A DNA stretch of 64,000 nucleotides from Pelomyxa schiedti. Its lineage: Eukaryota; Protista; Evosea. Location: NCBI GenBank assembly GCA_020536535.1, contig JAHLWZ010000791.1, positions 186,001-250,000 of the forward strand, in the 5' to 3' direction. Of the stretch, positions 48,858 through 62,200 are shown in pieces; position 1 is the first letter of the stretch; each line of letters starts with the position of its first letter. The notes under the pieces were generated by a model. That model made no database searches, was not told where the DNA came from, and was given only the letters and a program-made list of their open reading frames with translations. Both the position numbers and the translations under genes were made by a program.

Positions 48858-51800
48858 ATGAGTACCCACACTACGACGTTGGTATTGGTTGCAACTCTGT
48901 GTTGTATGTCATTCCCTTAAGTGACGCGAGGACTTTTGGCAGGTGTCTAACCGTGCGTGCTTTAAACAAAAACAAAGACCTTGGCGGTGATAACTACTAC
49001 GTTGTTGACGCGGCGAGTGCGCCAAATGGGTACTTTATTGACTTGTTCACGCACCAGCTGTACAACTTCCACGATCCCTATCTGAACACCTACACGAGCT
49101 TGTGTACTCTCCCATATTTCAATTTCTATGCTGGTTTGTAGTCGATCCTTTTTTTTTTTGTTATTATTATTTGGCTAAACGTCGTAGGGGATTTTGTTAA
49201 TGGGAGTGTGGAGGTGATGTATGCAATCAATTATGATGATATGTCTCTGTATTCAGTTTCGATGACTGCTTGTTCCGCCACATTAATTGGCTCCACTGGA
49301 CTTGCATACGGGTCTTACTATTCAACTGGAATGACATGGTCAACCACACTCAGTGCAATGATTGCCTCTTTCACAACTATTTCCTACTCATACCTCTACA
49401 CTATCAACCTGCAAAATGGCACAGCCACGTATCTCATGGAGATTGTTGGTGCTCCAATAGTAATTGATATTGCCTCAGTACCATCTGGCCTGATTTATGT
49501 ATTGGATGCATCCACGGATAATACTTTTTGGGCAGATCCAATTGCCTTGACGAGTGGCCAACTTGGTTACGCTGGCTACTCCTTAAATTACGCCCAAGGG
49601 ATGAGCTATGATCCTTGCACAGATGAGGTGTATATTGCAGCCTATAACATAGGCAATAGCAAAGCTGAATTTCGCCTGCTTGACCGCTCCACTGGTAGTA
49701 CAGTCCTATATGCAACTATGCCTGGTGGTGAAGATGATTGCTTAGTTTTTGAGTCACATTGTGGTATTTTACGTTTGTGACATGCTTTTATTTGGTTTTA
49801 ACCACCCACATCTTAGTTGAAGTCGATGACAGTCTTATAACAGGTTCTCTGAAGAATCAGTTTCTAATGTCGTAATTTATTAACAGATGATCCATTAATG
49901 TGTGACGACGCCACTGAAATTCTCTCTCTCCCAAGTAGTTATATCCGGGATACTGGTGATGCCCCTTATGGTAGTGTTTCTTGTTGGGGAGCAATTCCGA
50001 ATAGAGGTAGCAAATAACTATTCCAGTACAGTACTCAGTTCACATGCAGGAAATCTTTTCTTATACACTGCAACTCAGACTGGGAACCTGAGAGCAGAAA
50101 CCTGCCAAGGCTCCACCTTGGATACAGCTATTGTGGTGTTCACAAGCTGCGTCACATCAGGCATCATTAATACTTGTGTTACTTGGGGAACTGACGAGTG
50201 TGGTCAACAATCTATCGTAACTTGGCAAGCCACTGCCGGAGTCACATATTGGATGTTTGTTACAAGTTTCACAGGATTAGGAGTGTTTAACTTGACTGTT
50301 TCAGGTCTCACCCCAATATTTTTGATGAGTCTAACATCTCGCAGCTCTCCCAGATTTGCTCGCATGTACAGCGGCATATCCGATAACCTCCCTACCATAT
50401 GAAAGCTACTGGAACAGCCCAGATGTGCAGATGCAGTACGTTTCCTGCTTTTATGTCAATGACCCAGGTGTGCTCTGCATTATCTTCCATCTTTTCGAAA
50501 GCATTTATGTACATAATCAGGAGTTTTATGGGTCTATACAACCTATTCTGATGGTCCACTCAAAGCAAGCACTTGTGACGACTACACGAACTTTAACACT
50601 TCTATATATATCCTGTCGGAGTGTGACACATCTGGACAGATTTGGGGATGTTCCGCCTATGCCCGAGGTAATTGTGGCACCAATGGTGCCGGCAGCTCCA
50701 TACAGTGGTTTGGATCCTCTGGTTACACATACTACATACTTGTTAGTGGTCCAAACTTTGGCCAATTCAAGTTAACTGTTGAGGGTATGCCAATTGTTGC
50801 ACTTTAGCCGGAAGGTTGTTTAATGCAAAATCTTAGATGGAAGTAACTTGGCCTGTTCTGATGCTATTTTGGTGGACAGTGATCCTTTTGTATATACTTC
50901 CACTATGTATGATGCAGTTGATGTATGGATGAGCTGTATTGGCTTCTGGACACAAGGTTACCCCGTGCCATAAACAGACGACTCAGTCCAACACACTATC
51001 TTAGGCATCCTCTTTGTGTACACTGCCTCCGCCTCTGGAATAGCACAAGTTGACACGTGCGGATCGGGCGCAGATACTCAACTCTACGTATTTAGTGGTT
51101 GCTTAGAAGATGGATATGTTGCCGTATGCCTTGGAAACAATGATGATTTCTGTGATCGCGGTTCCTCTGTAACTTGGGATGCATTAGAAGGTGAAAACTA
51201 TTATATCTTGGTCACTGGGTACTATTATTATTCAATGGACTTTACGCTGACTCTTACTGGTATCTGTACTTCGATGGATTAACTTCTAACTCCCTTTCTT
51301 TGCAGGGCCCTCATCCATTACGACTGACTTCAGTGCTTATGTAGTAGACACTTCATCAAACGCGGTTCTTCACTTTACAACTACTGCCACCGTAGAGACA
51401 GTTTGCAACTTTGACTACAACACGTATGTTGTCGCTGGAGATTTCGCTTATGGTGACACTGAGGCCCTGTATATTTACGACTACTGGGGGAATTTCTACC
51501 GTCTCCACCTTTCTGACTGCGCCTTGGACTACGTGGGTTGGCAAACTGAAGACACAAATTACGTATACGGCATGGCATGGAGTGATTTCGACGGTGAAAT
51601 GTATGCTGTAACAACGGACCTAAGTAACACATACCTGTACACCGTTGATATGACGTGGGGGAGCTTGGAGTATCGCAATGTGGTATGTTACTTCTTTTTT
51701 CTTCCTGTTGTTTTCTGAAGCAGTATGAAGTTTGTGGGAACCGTTATTGCTGATATTGCTGCGGATTCATATGGCTACATATATGGCTATGACGTTGCTA

Positions 51801-52605
51801 GCGGCTACTTTGTCTACATTGATATTAATCAGGATTACACAATGGAGTTTGCTGTCGATTATGGACAGGAACTGTGGTACACAATGGCATATGATTTATG
51901 CACAGAGACACTGTATGCCCTTACTCTGACCACTTCCGGTTCCTACCAGTTGAATCAAGTGAATACCCTGGATGGTAGCAAAGTCCTTCTCGGCGTTTTC
52001 TACACACCCTCCTACTTCACGGCGTTTTCCATTGGTGGCTGCAGTAACCACAGTATATATTCACTTCGTTTTTTCATATCCCCTTATGTGTAACAGAAGA
52101 AGATTCTGGCCTCTCTACGGCTGGCATTGCAATTCTGATTACTTTGGGTGTTCTTGGAGGCGTCGGGGTGGCGTTTGCTTTGGGAGCGTGTTGCATTTCT
52201 GCCAGCAAGAAACCCGAGGGTGATCACGAGCCGACATCACCAGAGACCTATGAATCCGCCACGGTTCCGCCCACAGTCCCGGTAATGCCAACTCCAGGAT
52301 CAGAATCCACAACAGCTCCGGCAGTGGCACCACCAGCCACCATGCAACCCACACCGCTTCCGTCAACAGAACCCACGATCGCACCCATGGCATACCCGCC
52401 GGCACCAATGCCCTATCCCTCAGGGTTCTCAACCACAACAGCAATCTATGACCCCACAGAGGTCACTCCACAGAACCCCTATGCTCCACAGCCCTACCCC
52501 CCGATGTACCCAGCCATTCCAGAGGCACCAGTGTATGTTGATCAGTCACAAATGCCACCACCATATCCACAGCCACCACTCTATGGAGGGTCCAACTACT
52601 CATAG
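48858..52605 (+). CDS. Type I membrane protein: signal peptide, beta-propeller A, three PPC/CUB-like modules, beta-propeller B, TM, Pro/Tyr-rich tail with PPxY
   Basis: Signal MSTHTTTLVLVATL|CLTVRA (intron 48899-48942). Propeller LYTINLQNGTAT..IDIA..NYAQGMSYD..YIAAYN..AEFRLLD..G..PGGEDDCLVF. Repeats YTATQTG..ETC..DT..VF..C..DxCG..S.VTW.A..G..Y.I.VT. TM GIAILITLGVLGGVGVAFALGACC; tail with MPPPY. Confidence 0.8.
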
Positions 52606-53913
52606 CCATCCCCACTACATCCCATGTGTGAATATGACACCCCATTCCACCTTACTGTACACAATAGGGTAAAGAACAACTTTTTTTTTTTTAAAATTCT
52701 TGCCCTCCCATAAGTGGCTGATTGGGAAAACAAAACCAGGCGGTCTGCGCGAAACAACGAAACTGAGTTAGCCGATTCAATCAATCTGGGACAACACTTC
52801 AGTGGTTGGCTCTCTTTGTCGAATCTGAGAGAAGGCATTCCTTGCAGGACAGCTTTAACACTGGTAGGCACCCCATTTGTGTGTACCATTGTGCCGCTGT
52901 TGCACATTTTTTTTGTGTTGTTGGAGTACACTGGCCGCCACCAACCAGCAGTCCTTTCTTATGGTCCCCAGAAGAGGCTCACTTGGCTTTAAGGTATTTG
53001 AGCATTAGTATTCCCCGAGCGTTTCGCTGCTATGTTTTCTGGTTGCCCTGGGTCAGTGGCACAGACATATGAACCGATTTGCCTCCCACCAGCCGTATAA
53101 ATCATGCCATGCAGTTGTTGGATATCCAGCTCTTACAACACTCCTTGAAACCAACATTGCATTTTACTGTAGGCATCACATCCTGCCGTGCTTGTTGGTA
53201 AGAGAAGAGTTGAGTTAGAATGTCAAGCCGAAATACATCCCCTGTTGTATTTGTATGCTGGCCAGCTTCGGATTCTTCAACCCAAAAGAGATTGGATCTT
53301 GTTTGTGTGCCACTCCTCAACGAAGCAGTTCCCCACATAGTACACAGCAGCTATCCTCCGTCCTGTTTTCGTTTTGTGTAATTCAACCCTCATGTTTCCA
53401 ATAGGTACGTACTTCTTTTCCTTTGGCACTGGAACAAAATATGCTGTTTGCTGCCGCTACTCTTCGGTACTGGCAAACCTCAGGCTGCTTAATGACATTA
53501 ACTCTTCCTCAGCAAAGTGGGACGTCATAAGTTAATTCCCTGAGTTCTATGTTGAGTTCATTCAAGAATACCAGTTCTAGCAAGCCATGCAATGCAACTG
53601 TACGAGCACAATTTTATGATGTTTGCGAGCTTCATGAACGCTATCTTGTTCCAAAAGGGAAATGTTGGACTGTTACAGTATCTACTATCTCCGCACATTG
53701 CAACACACAGTAGACAAGTATTCTTTTCTACACGACATCTCTATTCCAGCCATTCCGTTCGTCACAACCACACCCGAAAGCATTAGTAAATACAAAGACT
53801 TCGCCTTAATGTGGGAAAAAACTGTTTTCTTTTTTTTTCTCTGGGAAACCAGGGTTGTCCACAAAGACCCAAAATCGGCCGTGCTGCACTTCATACTGCT
53901 TGCTGCTGCAATT

Positions 53914-54006
53914 GAGTGCTTGAATTGAATCCCGCTTCTCTTCCTAGCACAAGAGGCCCCGATTTTGCTTTTGCTGTAGTAGAATTGAGAGTGCTTGAAT
54001 TGAATC
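53914..54006. repeat. 18-bp perfect direct repeat GAGTGCTTGAATTGAATC x2, 57-nt spacer
   Basis: Copies at 53914-53931 and 53989-54006. Confidence 0.7.
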
Positions 54007-54537
54007 ACCGCCGCTTCCCAAATATATTCCCCATCCATCCCTCAGAGTCACTTACCTCACCCACACACACTCCACTATATGACACACAATGCGACAACGG
54101 TACCTTAGCTAAGATCTGACTGTACCTAATGCTGCTTACGGTGTCGCTGTTGTGAGCTACATCTCCCCTGTTGCGTTTTTGCTTTGTTTTCCCAAAGCGC
54201 GACCAGATTTTTAGATTTTCACTTTATTGGGAGTTCCCAGAGCCTATTGGACTGAGGAACCAACCTGGTACCTTGAGTGGCGTATGTATGGCAGACCCCA
54301 CAATTTGTTTTTCTGGGGTGCTGTGGATTTGCTATTCCCAGTCACCTGGGTAGTTGGCGGTAAAGTTACCTGTGCAGTGTGTACCTACTTTACTCTTAAC
54401 AGTGAACCGGAAAAGCCAGTTTCACTTGCCCCGTTGAGATTGGTGCCGTGCTTGAATAGAATCACGTGTTGCAATAATCCTTCAAACGTTCCCCTTTTAT
54501 TTACGGAACTACAATTGCTGTGTGACATATTCCTTTT

Positions 54538-57500
54538 TCAGGAGGAATGTGCTGATACTGTCCCACCAAAATAGTGCCAAACGCGGATGAGGGCTTCCAT
54601 TGAAGGCCGTTGTAAGGGATCCGCAACAAGGCACAACGAAATGAGCTGGCGGGCCCATATCGGCAGCAGTTGCTTTGGCTTTTTCTTTTGCCTCAGTGCA
54701 GTTTCTTTGTTGTTGTACGATGAACCACAGTTTGTGGCACAGCGGTCGGCGTCAACAACAAAGGCACCGCTGGCGAGAACGCGCCCAACTTGGAACCTCT
54801 CCACCTGCGTGCCGTGCCGTCGAGAGAATTGTGGGTCCGATTTCGCTTTTTTTTTTTTTTTTTTTTGGATGAGTTCGGGAGCGGAATAGTAAGGAAAAAT
54901 TACTTGTGGACTTTCGCATAGAACTTGGCTGGGTTCTGGAATAGTGAATGTGCGGTGCCGGCTGTGATGAGGTCGATCTGAGATCAACCAAGGACAGTGG
55001 TGCGATGACGTTGTGAACAAGAATTCCTTGTTATGTGAGTGAGTATGTACAAGGGTAGAGTGTATAAATAGGCATGAGCACAAATACCGAAATCCCAGAC
55101 ATCGCCCTGAGTGCTGGGAAGAGTGTTCCCTTGTATGACAGCTTCGGGGGTTGTATTTTTTACTGGTTTTTCATCCTCACCCATTATTTTTCTGGGGTTA
55201 TCGTCGTCAACAAAAACACCATAGGTGATCTATTTTTGTTTTGTCTGGTGACAAAAGGTAGGATTGGGAGAGTGGGAGAAACCTTTGCCCAAGGGCCTGA
55301 TCCTGCTAAATCCAATGAAGTGACCAAAACATTACCTGCGTGATTTGTCTGAGTTAGTTGTTCGCAAGAACATCGTCAGAAGGAGAGAGGAGATCCGGAA
55401 GCAGACACAAACCGACGCAAATATCACCATGGGCAATAGGGGGATGCTGCCCGTGGAGGTGGTTAAGGCCCTGTGCAACATCTTTCAGAATATGTTCCCA
55501 CAAGCACATCGGAAGAGCCTCATCCAGTGCCCCTTTGTGCTCCCGCGGGTATTCGAGGCATACTTTCAGTAATGCTGATAAGGAGAGTACTTCACTGGAA
55601 CTTGGTTCTTCAACAGGGCCGCGTGTGGTGGCAGGAAGCAAGTGAGGAGGCGGGATTACACTTGGTTGGCGTTCAAGAAAGCGGAGCAGCATTTTCCCAT
55701 CCCGCTGGGGCATGCCAACGAACGTTGCTACATGCTCATGGCCTGGGAGATAGTTGAGTGTGTTGAGTTCTGGCGTAAGAAGCAGCAGGGTATCTATAAA
55801 CTTGTCGGGTTCACTGGAACTGGTATGGAGCACCGTAGTAGCGGTTTCTTGAGGGGGGGAATTTTTTGCACCACCACTATAGCACTCCCAGATCATAGTA
55901 TATCCCAAGCCAACGTTTGCTCTGCTTGTCATGAAGGAAATCGGGTTGTATAAGTCTTCTGGTGCCATCTCATGTCTAATAGAGGAATAGGGATGTTCGC
56001 AGTCCAGGGTCGGCCCACGGTCTCTTCCCAAGTCCGTCTCCATAATCTCTTTGTGGGAAATGTGTCGCTTAAGGCAGTTTTGCCAGTCAGGAATAGCGGG
56101 CTTGTTCTCCTTCAAGCACTTTGGACAAACAAACATAGGATTCAAAGAAGGGTTCTGGATCATTGATCGAGCAGTTCTCTTGAGCAAATTGACGGTGGTA
56201 CTCATGAGGTTATTCTTCCAGCTGAATCGTGACATACTATCACCGAGGTCAGTGATCATGGCAACTTCAACGGTTGTTTCTTGTGTGACTTTGGCCACTG
56301 CACGTATCATCAGCAAGTGAAATGTTTGGGGTGTTTCCATTTTCACCCAAATTCCATTTCTCCAGAACGATACAGGAATAACACCAGGAACGTTACACAG
56401 AGAGCACATCACCGTTGAAAATGCTTCAGCAGGAAGGAACCCAAATTTGAGCCGACACCCATGCACTGGTGTGCTGGTTTTTACATGATTCCAGAAACAT
56501 TTCTCAACGAGTTTGGGATCGGCGGGGAGAAGAAAGAAAGACATGTACGGTTTCCCGAAGATCTCCATCATCATCCCTAGTCGTGTGAGATCTTCCAGAG
56601 TGGCCAAATCAATTGCCTGGTGTTCAGTTCTCAAGGGTTCATATACGAAATCGGGGGTGGCACGAACACTGGCAACAGATCGGGTGATTGAGGTGATGGT
56701 CTCAGTGAACCAAGATGGCTGCAAAACAACAAACTCATTGTTGTTGCTCTCTGAGGCACCTTTTCCCATGAAACTGGTGTATCTCAAGTGGAAAATGGCG
56801 CCCATGTTAGACAACCAGTCAAAGCACATCCTCATTTCCTCCTGTTCCTGGACTGGGATCATTGTCCTTTTATTTCTCCCAACTCCACAATCATGTGCTA
56901 TTCTGGCCAGTTGGGACAATTTCAGTGTTGGATTCTTGGTTGTCACTGTCCCAACAACAAGGTCATGCAGCTTCACCCAACTTGGTGGAACATACATTGG
57001 TGCAAATATTTGACTTTGAATTCCACGTCGTATGTGGAACATAATATTGTTTTGGAAGGGGATATGCCGATCTGATACCTCATTGCTGAAGGAAAATCCA
57101 TTACCCTCAGCCAGGTTCACTGCAAACCATCCACAGAAGTTGATGTTGGATTGCCATTTGTGGATGATGGGAGGGAACAAGTTGTGGAGGAATAATTGTG
57201 CATTTTTATCTCCCCCCAAAGCTTCAATATCTTGGTAAAATCCAACAAGAATCACCTTGGGGATTGGGGTGCAATGCATACTTTGCGCCTTGTTGTTGTG
57301 ACAGAGATGAAGTTGAGTGAGCCAGAAGTGCAATTTGGGAACCACCACATCTGCATTCAATGACACATCGCAGGTGAGGATGAACACTGAATTGCTGTTA
57401 AAGAAGCAAGGGTAGAATGGGTTCCAGTCCTCATTGCTCCCACCTTTTGATTTTGGTGAGAAAAATATTGGCAAGAGTCGGGTTATTTGCAACCTAACTC

Positions 57501-59016
57501 CCATGCTGTCCAAGTATATGGATCTGTTCTCTCCAACTTGAATGGTTGGTGCACTTGGATAACTGGAGTACTCTTAGTATTGCTTCTCATAGTCCTTTTG
57601 GGTTGGTTCTCCATCAAACATTTGAGTAATCCGTAATTGAGATGGTGAGGTCCCCCCATCATAACAATCTTGGTGTTGGGTTGCACTTTAATTGGGATCT
57701 CTCCAAAAAGAAGGAAGGATTTGATTGCCTCCCATGGCAGACTTCTCAAATGTGGGGGAAGGCTTTTTAATGGATTGTTGTTAAGTTCCACCCAAGGGAT
57801 TCTTGAATGGAGGAGCCATTCTGGAATTTTGTTGATTTTGTTGTCTGATAAATCCAGGCCCCCACATGAGATTCCCTCAAGCTGTGGTGGAACACAATCC
57901 AAAATTTGTTCCTCCATGCCAAGTGAGCAGGTGCAAATATTATTGCACGAAAGGCAGAGCTCTCTCACAGCAGGCCAATTCCCAGCTTTAACCCAGGCAC
58001 GTAATGCACTTGTTACATTTTCCGCAAAAGATCTGTGCTCTCCTGAAAGGAGAAGTAATAGTGAATGAACAGTTGGAAGGGTCATCCATGCAATATCAAT
58101 TAATCCTTCCTGTGGAAGTGTCTGTGTAATGGATGGAACTGGTCTGTTCGGAGCTGTATATATTTTTTGATATTGAGAAGTAAAAACTCTTTTTTTTCTT
58201 ACTATTTCGGAAAGGCTCATGTACTGCGTTGGCTGCTTGAGTGACTGATAATATTAATACTTTCAATGATCTTTCTGTCATGCCATTGTACTTGAGCAGC
58301 TTCACAGCATTAACCTGGCCATTCATAAAATTTCAAAAAAACCAAAAAAAGATGGAAATGAAGTGGTTCGCGTATAGTGAACCATACACTACATTAAATG
58401 CAACCCAAAGTGGGGACAAATACGGCTCGTCGTCTCGCTGGGACAAGCCAGTCTGTTTCGCACTGAAGTTCACAAGAATCAACGGAGCTCGTGCCCCCAT
58501 CCGCTGTGCTTTGGCTGCCAGCGACCGAGCGGCGGTAATATCTTTCCTGAGCGCGCCGACCTTCCTGGCTTCCCCGACCTTTGCGACCGACCCGACTTTC
58601 TTGATGCGCATTGTACCGACGACCACAGAACCCTCGGCATCGGCACACCCGGGCTTCAGTTCAGGGTGAAACACAACACAGCCAACTCCGCAAAAACGAT
58701 CACCAACACCACTCTTCTCCGCCTCCTCCTCCTCCTCGCCGCCGCCACATTTGGCCGCAGTTGCAGATGACGTAATCGGTCGCGGCGGTGTGCCGGAAGC
58801 GTCATGGTCATGATCAGGAAGCAAATCAGGGCTAATGGTAACGGCCACGGCGTCGTTCAATTGTTTCACCTCGTGATGTGATTCATCAAGCGTCCGATAC
58901 AATGCGCTCAGCAACTTCCCAGCCTTCTGGGTCGGGTTGTACGATGATGAAACATCAATCACGTAACAGTGGACGGTCTTTTTGTTGGTACTGTTGTCAG
59001 GCACGTGCTGATTCAT
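54538..59016 (-). CDS. Roco-like protein copy A: degenerate Rac-like domain, LRR, degenerate Roc, COR, pseudokinase
   Basis: LRR LDLSDNKINKIP..ELNNNPLKSLP; Roc KIVMMGGPHHLNYGLLKCL..WEL|GG..FYPCFF..VFIL; COR PPSW..LSNMGAIFH..VVLQPSW; kinase ILKDVAQGLNHLH..IAHGDICVGNV..AK|ITYG..DVWDFG..LISLCL..DPLQRPS. Confidence 0.8.
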
Positions 59017-59204
59017 TCACTTGGGTGTTTTTGGGTGTTATGGTGCACGTAACTGATATCTACAATTGCACCTGGTGCAGTGGTGATTAGAGGAATGGCG
59101 AAGCGAAGCTTGTATCATCACCACTTTTGGTTGTTTTTTTTTTCAACTAAGGCTTTTAGGGCGAAGTGCCAAGGTCACCCCGTCTCAGTCGTCAAGATTC
59201 GAAA

Positions 59205-62200
59205 TCAATTAACCCAACCCCAAATGTTGAGGAGGGCTTCCATTGAAGGCCGTTGTAAGGGATCCGCAACAAGGCACAACGAAATGAGCTGGCGGGCCCA
59301 TATCGGCAGCAGTTGCTTTGGATCTTGCTCGTGCATCACCGCAGTTGCTTCTGCTAATGACGGCGGTGAAACTGAGGTTGTGTGCCAGGTTGTGACACAT
59401 TGGCCGGCGTCAACAACAAAGGCACCGCTGGCGAGTGCGCGCCCAACTTGGAACCTCTCCACCTGCGTGCCGTGCCCTCGAGAGAATTGTGGGTCCCGGT
59501 TCCCTGCTGGCGAGTGAATCGGTTTCGGGAAAGAAGTAAAAGAAGTGGGGAAATACCAACGGCCGGGGAATTATGGGTCTCCAGGGCTGCATAATCGCCG
59601 GGCTGTTCCGGGGGTGACGAGGTCGATTTTAGTTCCACATAAGACAGAGGCGCGACTACGTTGTGAACAAGAATTCCTTTCAGTTGTGTGAGTGAGTATG
59701 TACTAAATAGCGCTATACCGAAATCCCAGACATCACCCTGAGTGCTGGGAAGAGTGTTCCCTCGCGTGACGGATTCAGGGGTTGTATTTTTTACTGATCT
59801 GTCAGAATCTCCCATCGCTCTTCTTCTGGTGTCATCGTCGGCGACTGTAACACCATAGGTGATCTATTTTTGTTTTGTCTGGTGACAAAAGGCAGGATTG
59901 GGAGAGTGGGAGAAACCTTTGCCCAAGGGCCTGATCCTGCTAAATCCAATGAAGTGATCAAAACATTACCTGCGTGATTTGTTACAGTTAGTTGTTTGCC
60001 AGAACGTCATCAGAAGGAGAGAGGAGAGCCGGCGGCAGACAAACCGACGCAAACACCACCATGGGCAATAGGGGGATGCTGCCCGTGGAGGTGGTTAAGG
60101 CCCTGTGCAATATCTTTCAGAATATGTTCCCACAAGCACATCGGAAGAGCCTCATCCAGTGCCCCTTTGTGCTCCCGCGGGTATTCGAGGCATACTTTCA
60201 GTAATGCTGGTAAGGTGAGGGTTTGATTGGGACTTGCTTCTTCAACAGGGCCGCGTGTGGTGGCAGGAAGCAAGTGAGAAGGGAGAGTGACACGTGGTTG
60301 GCGTTCCAGAAAACGGAACATCATTTGTCCACCCTGAAGGGCAATGCTAACGAACTTCGCAACATACTGATGGTCTGGGAGATAGTTGAGTGTGTTGAGT
60401 TCTGGAATAAGTTCCTCCATGGTACTTGCAAGCATATCTGGTCCATTGAAACAAGAATGTATCACCGTCACGGGTTCTTTTTGTATGACATTACTGGTGT
60501 TGCACTCACTACTAGCATTTGGTCCCAATCCAGGTTTGTTGTATCTGTACATGAAGGAAAGAGGGTTGAATAAGTCTTCTGGTGCAATGTCATTTATGAA
60601 CACGTCGTGATGCATACAATTTGTACTTGGTTTCTTGCTGTGACTCCCCACTGCCTTTATGATTTCCAAGTGGGAGAAGAGTTCCTTAAAGCAGTTTTGC
60701 CAGTCAGGAACAGCGGGCTTGCTCTCCCTCAAGCATTTTGGACAAACAAACATGACATTTACATCACGACTCTGAATCATTGATCGAGCCGTTCTCTTGA
60801 GCAAATTGATAGCAGTGCTCATGAGGTTATTCTTCCAGCTGCATGGTGACAAGTAAGCACCGCCGTCAGTGATCATGGCAACCTCAACAGTTGTTTCTTG
60901 TGTGACATTGGCCACAACCCGAGTCATAAGCAAGTGAAACGTTTGTGTTCTTTCCGCTGTACCATCACACGTCTTCGACGATGCCACAATCCCGTCTCTC
61001 CATAACGAGGCAGGAACAACACCAGGAATGTTGCACAGAGAACACATCACCGTTGAAAATGCTTCAGCAGGAAGGAACCCAAATTTGAGCATACACCCAT
61101 GCACTGGTGTGGCGGTTTTTACATTATTCCAGAAAGTATCAACAAGATTGGGAGGCTCGGCAGGAAGAAGAAAGAAAGACATGTATGGTTTCCCACAGAT
61201 GTCCATCAGCATTCCCAATCGAGACAGATGTTCCAGGGTGGCCATATTGATTGCCTGGTGTTCAGCTCTCAATGGTTCATATATGGAACCGGAGTCAACA
61301 CAAGCACTAACAACAGATCGGGTGATTGAGGTTATGGTCTCAGTGAACCAAGATGGCTGCAAAATAACAAACCCATTGTTCTCTAGCGCTTGACTTTGGC
61401 CCACACCGGTTCCCATGATGCTGGTGTATCTCAAGTGGAAAATGGCACCCATGCTTGACAACCAGTCAAAGCATAGCCTCAGTTCCTCCAGTTCTTTCTG
61501 TGGGCTTATGGTACTTGCGGTTTTGCCCACCCCACAGTTACGAGCGATTCTGACCAGTTGAAACCACTTCAGAATTGGATTCTTGGTTGCCACTGTTCCA
61601 ACAACGAGGTCGCGCAGCTTTGTCCAGCTTGGTGGAATATACACTGGTGTAAATGTTAGTTCTTGGAGTGCACTCTTTAATAGCAGTATTATGTCAGGAT
61701 ACGCAGATTGGTAGTCGTTACTTATGGCAAAGCCATGACCATCAGCCAGGCTTACTGCATACCACCCACGGAAGTTGATTTTGGATTCCCAGTGGCTTTT
61801 GATGGCAATTAACAGTTCAGGGAGGAACTGTGGACATTTAGGTTCATCTCTCAACTCTTTGTGAAGGCCCACAACAATCACATTGGGCCTGGGGACACAA
61901 TGCAAACTTGTGTGTGCTGCCTTGCTTTTGTGACAGGCATCAAGTTGAGTGAGCCAGAAGTTCAATTTGGCAACTGCCACGGCTGTTGTCAACATGGCAT
62001 CAAACATGAGAATGAACACTGAATTGCTGTTAAAGAAGCAAGGGTAGAATGGATTCCAGTCCTCATTGCTCCCGCCTTTTGATTTTGGTGAGAAAAATAT
62101 TGGCAAGAGTCGGATTATTTGCAACCTAACTCCCATGCTGTCCAAGTATATGGATCTGTTCTCTCCAACTTGAATGGTTGGTGCACTTTGATAACTGGAC

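Noticed and set aside
53914-54006. CRISPR-like repeat-spacer-repeat
   Set aside because: Only two 18-bp units, no cas genes, eukaryotic context.
55160-55260. Apparent frameshift/stop in the Roco kinase domains (also ~59800-59900)
   Set aside because: Resolved by a conserved GT-AG intron (AK|ITYG) in both copies.
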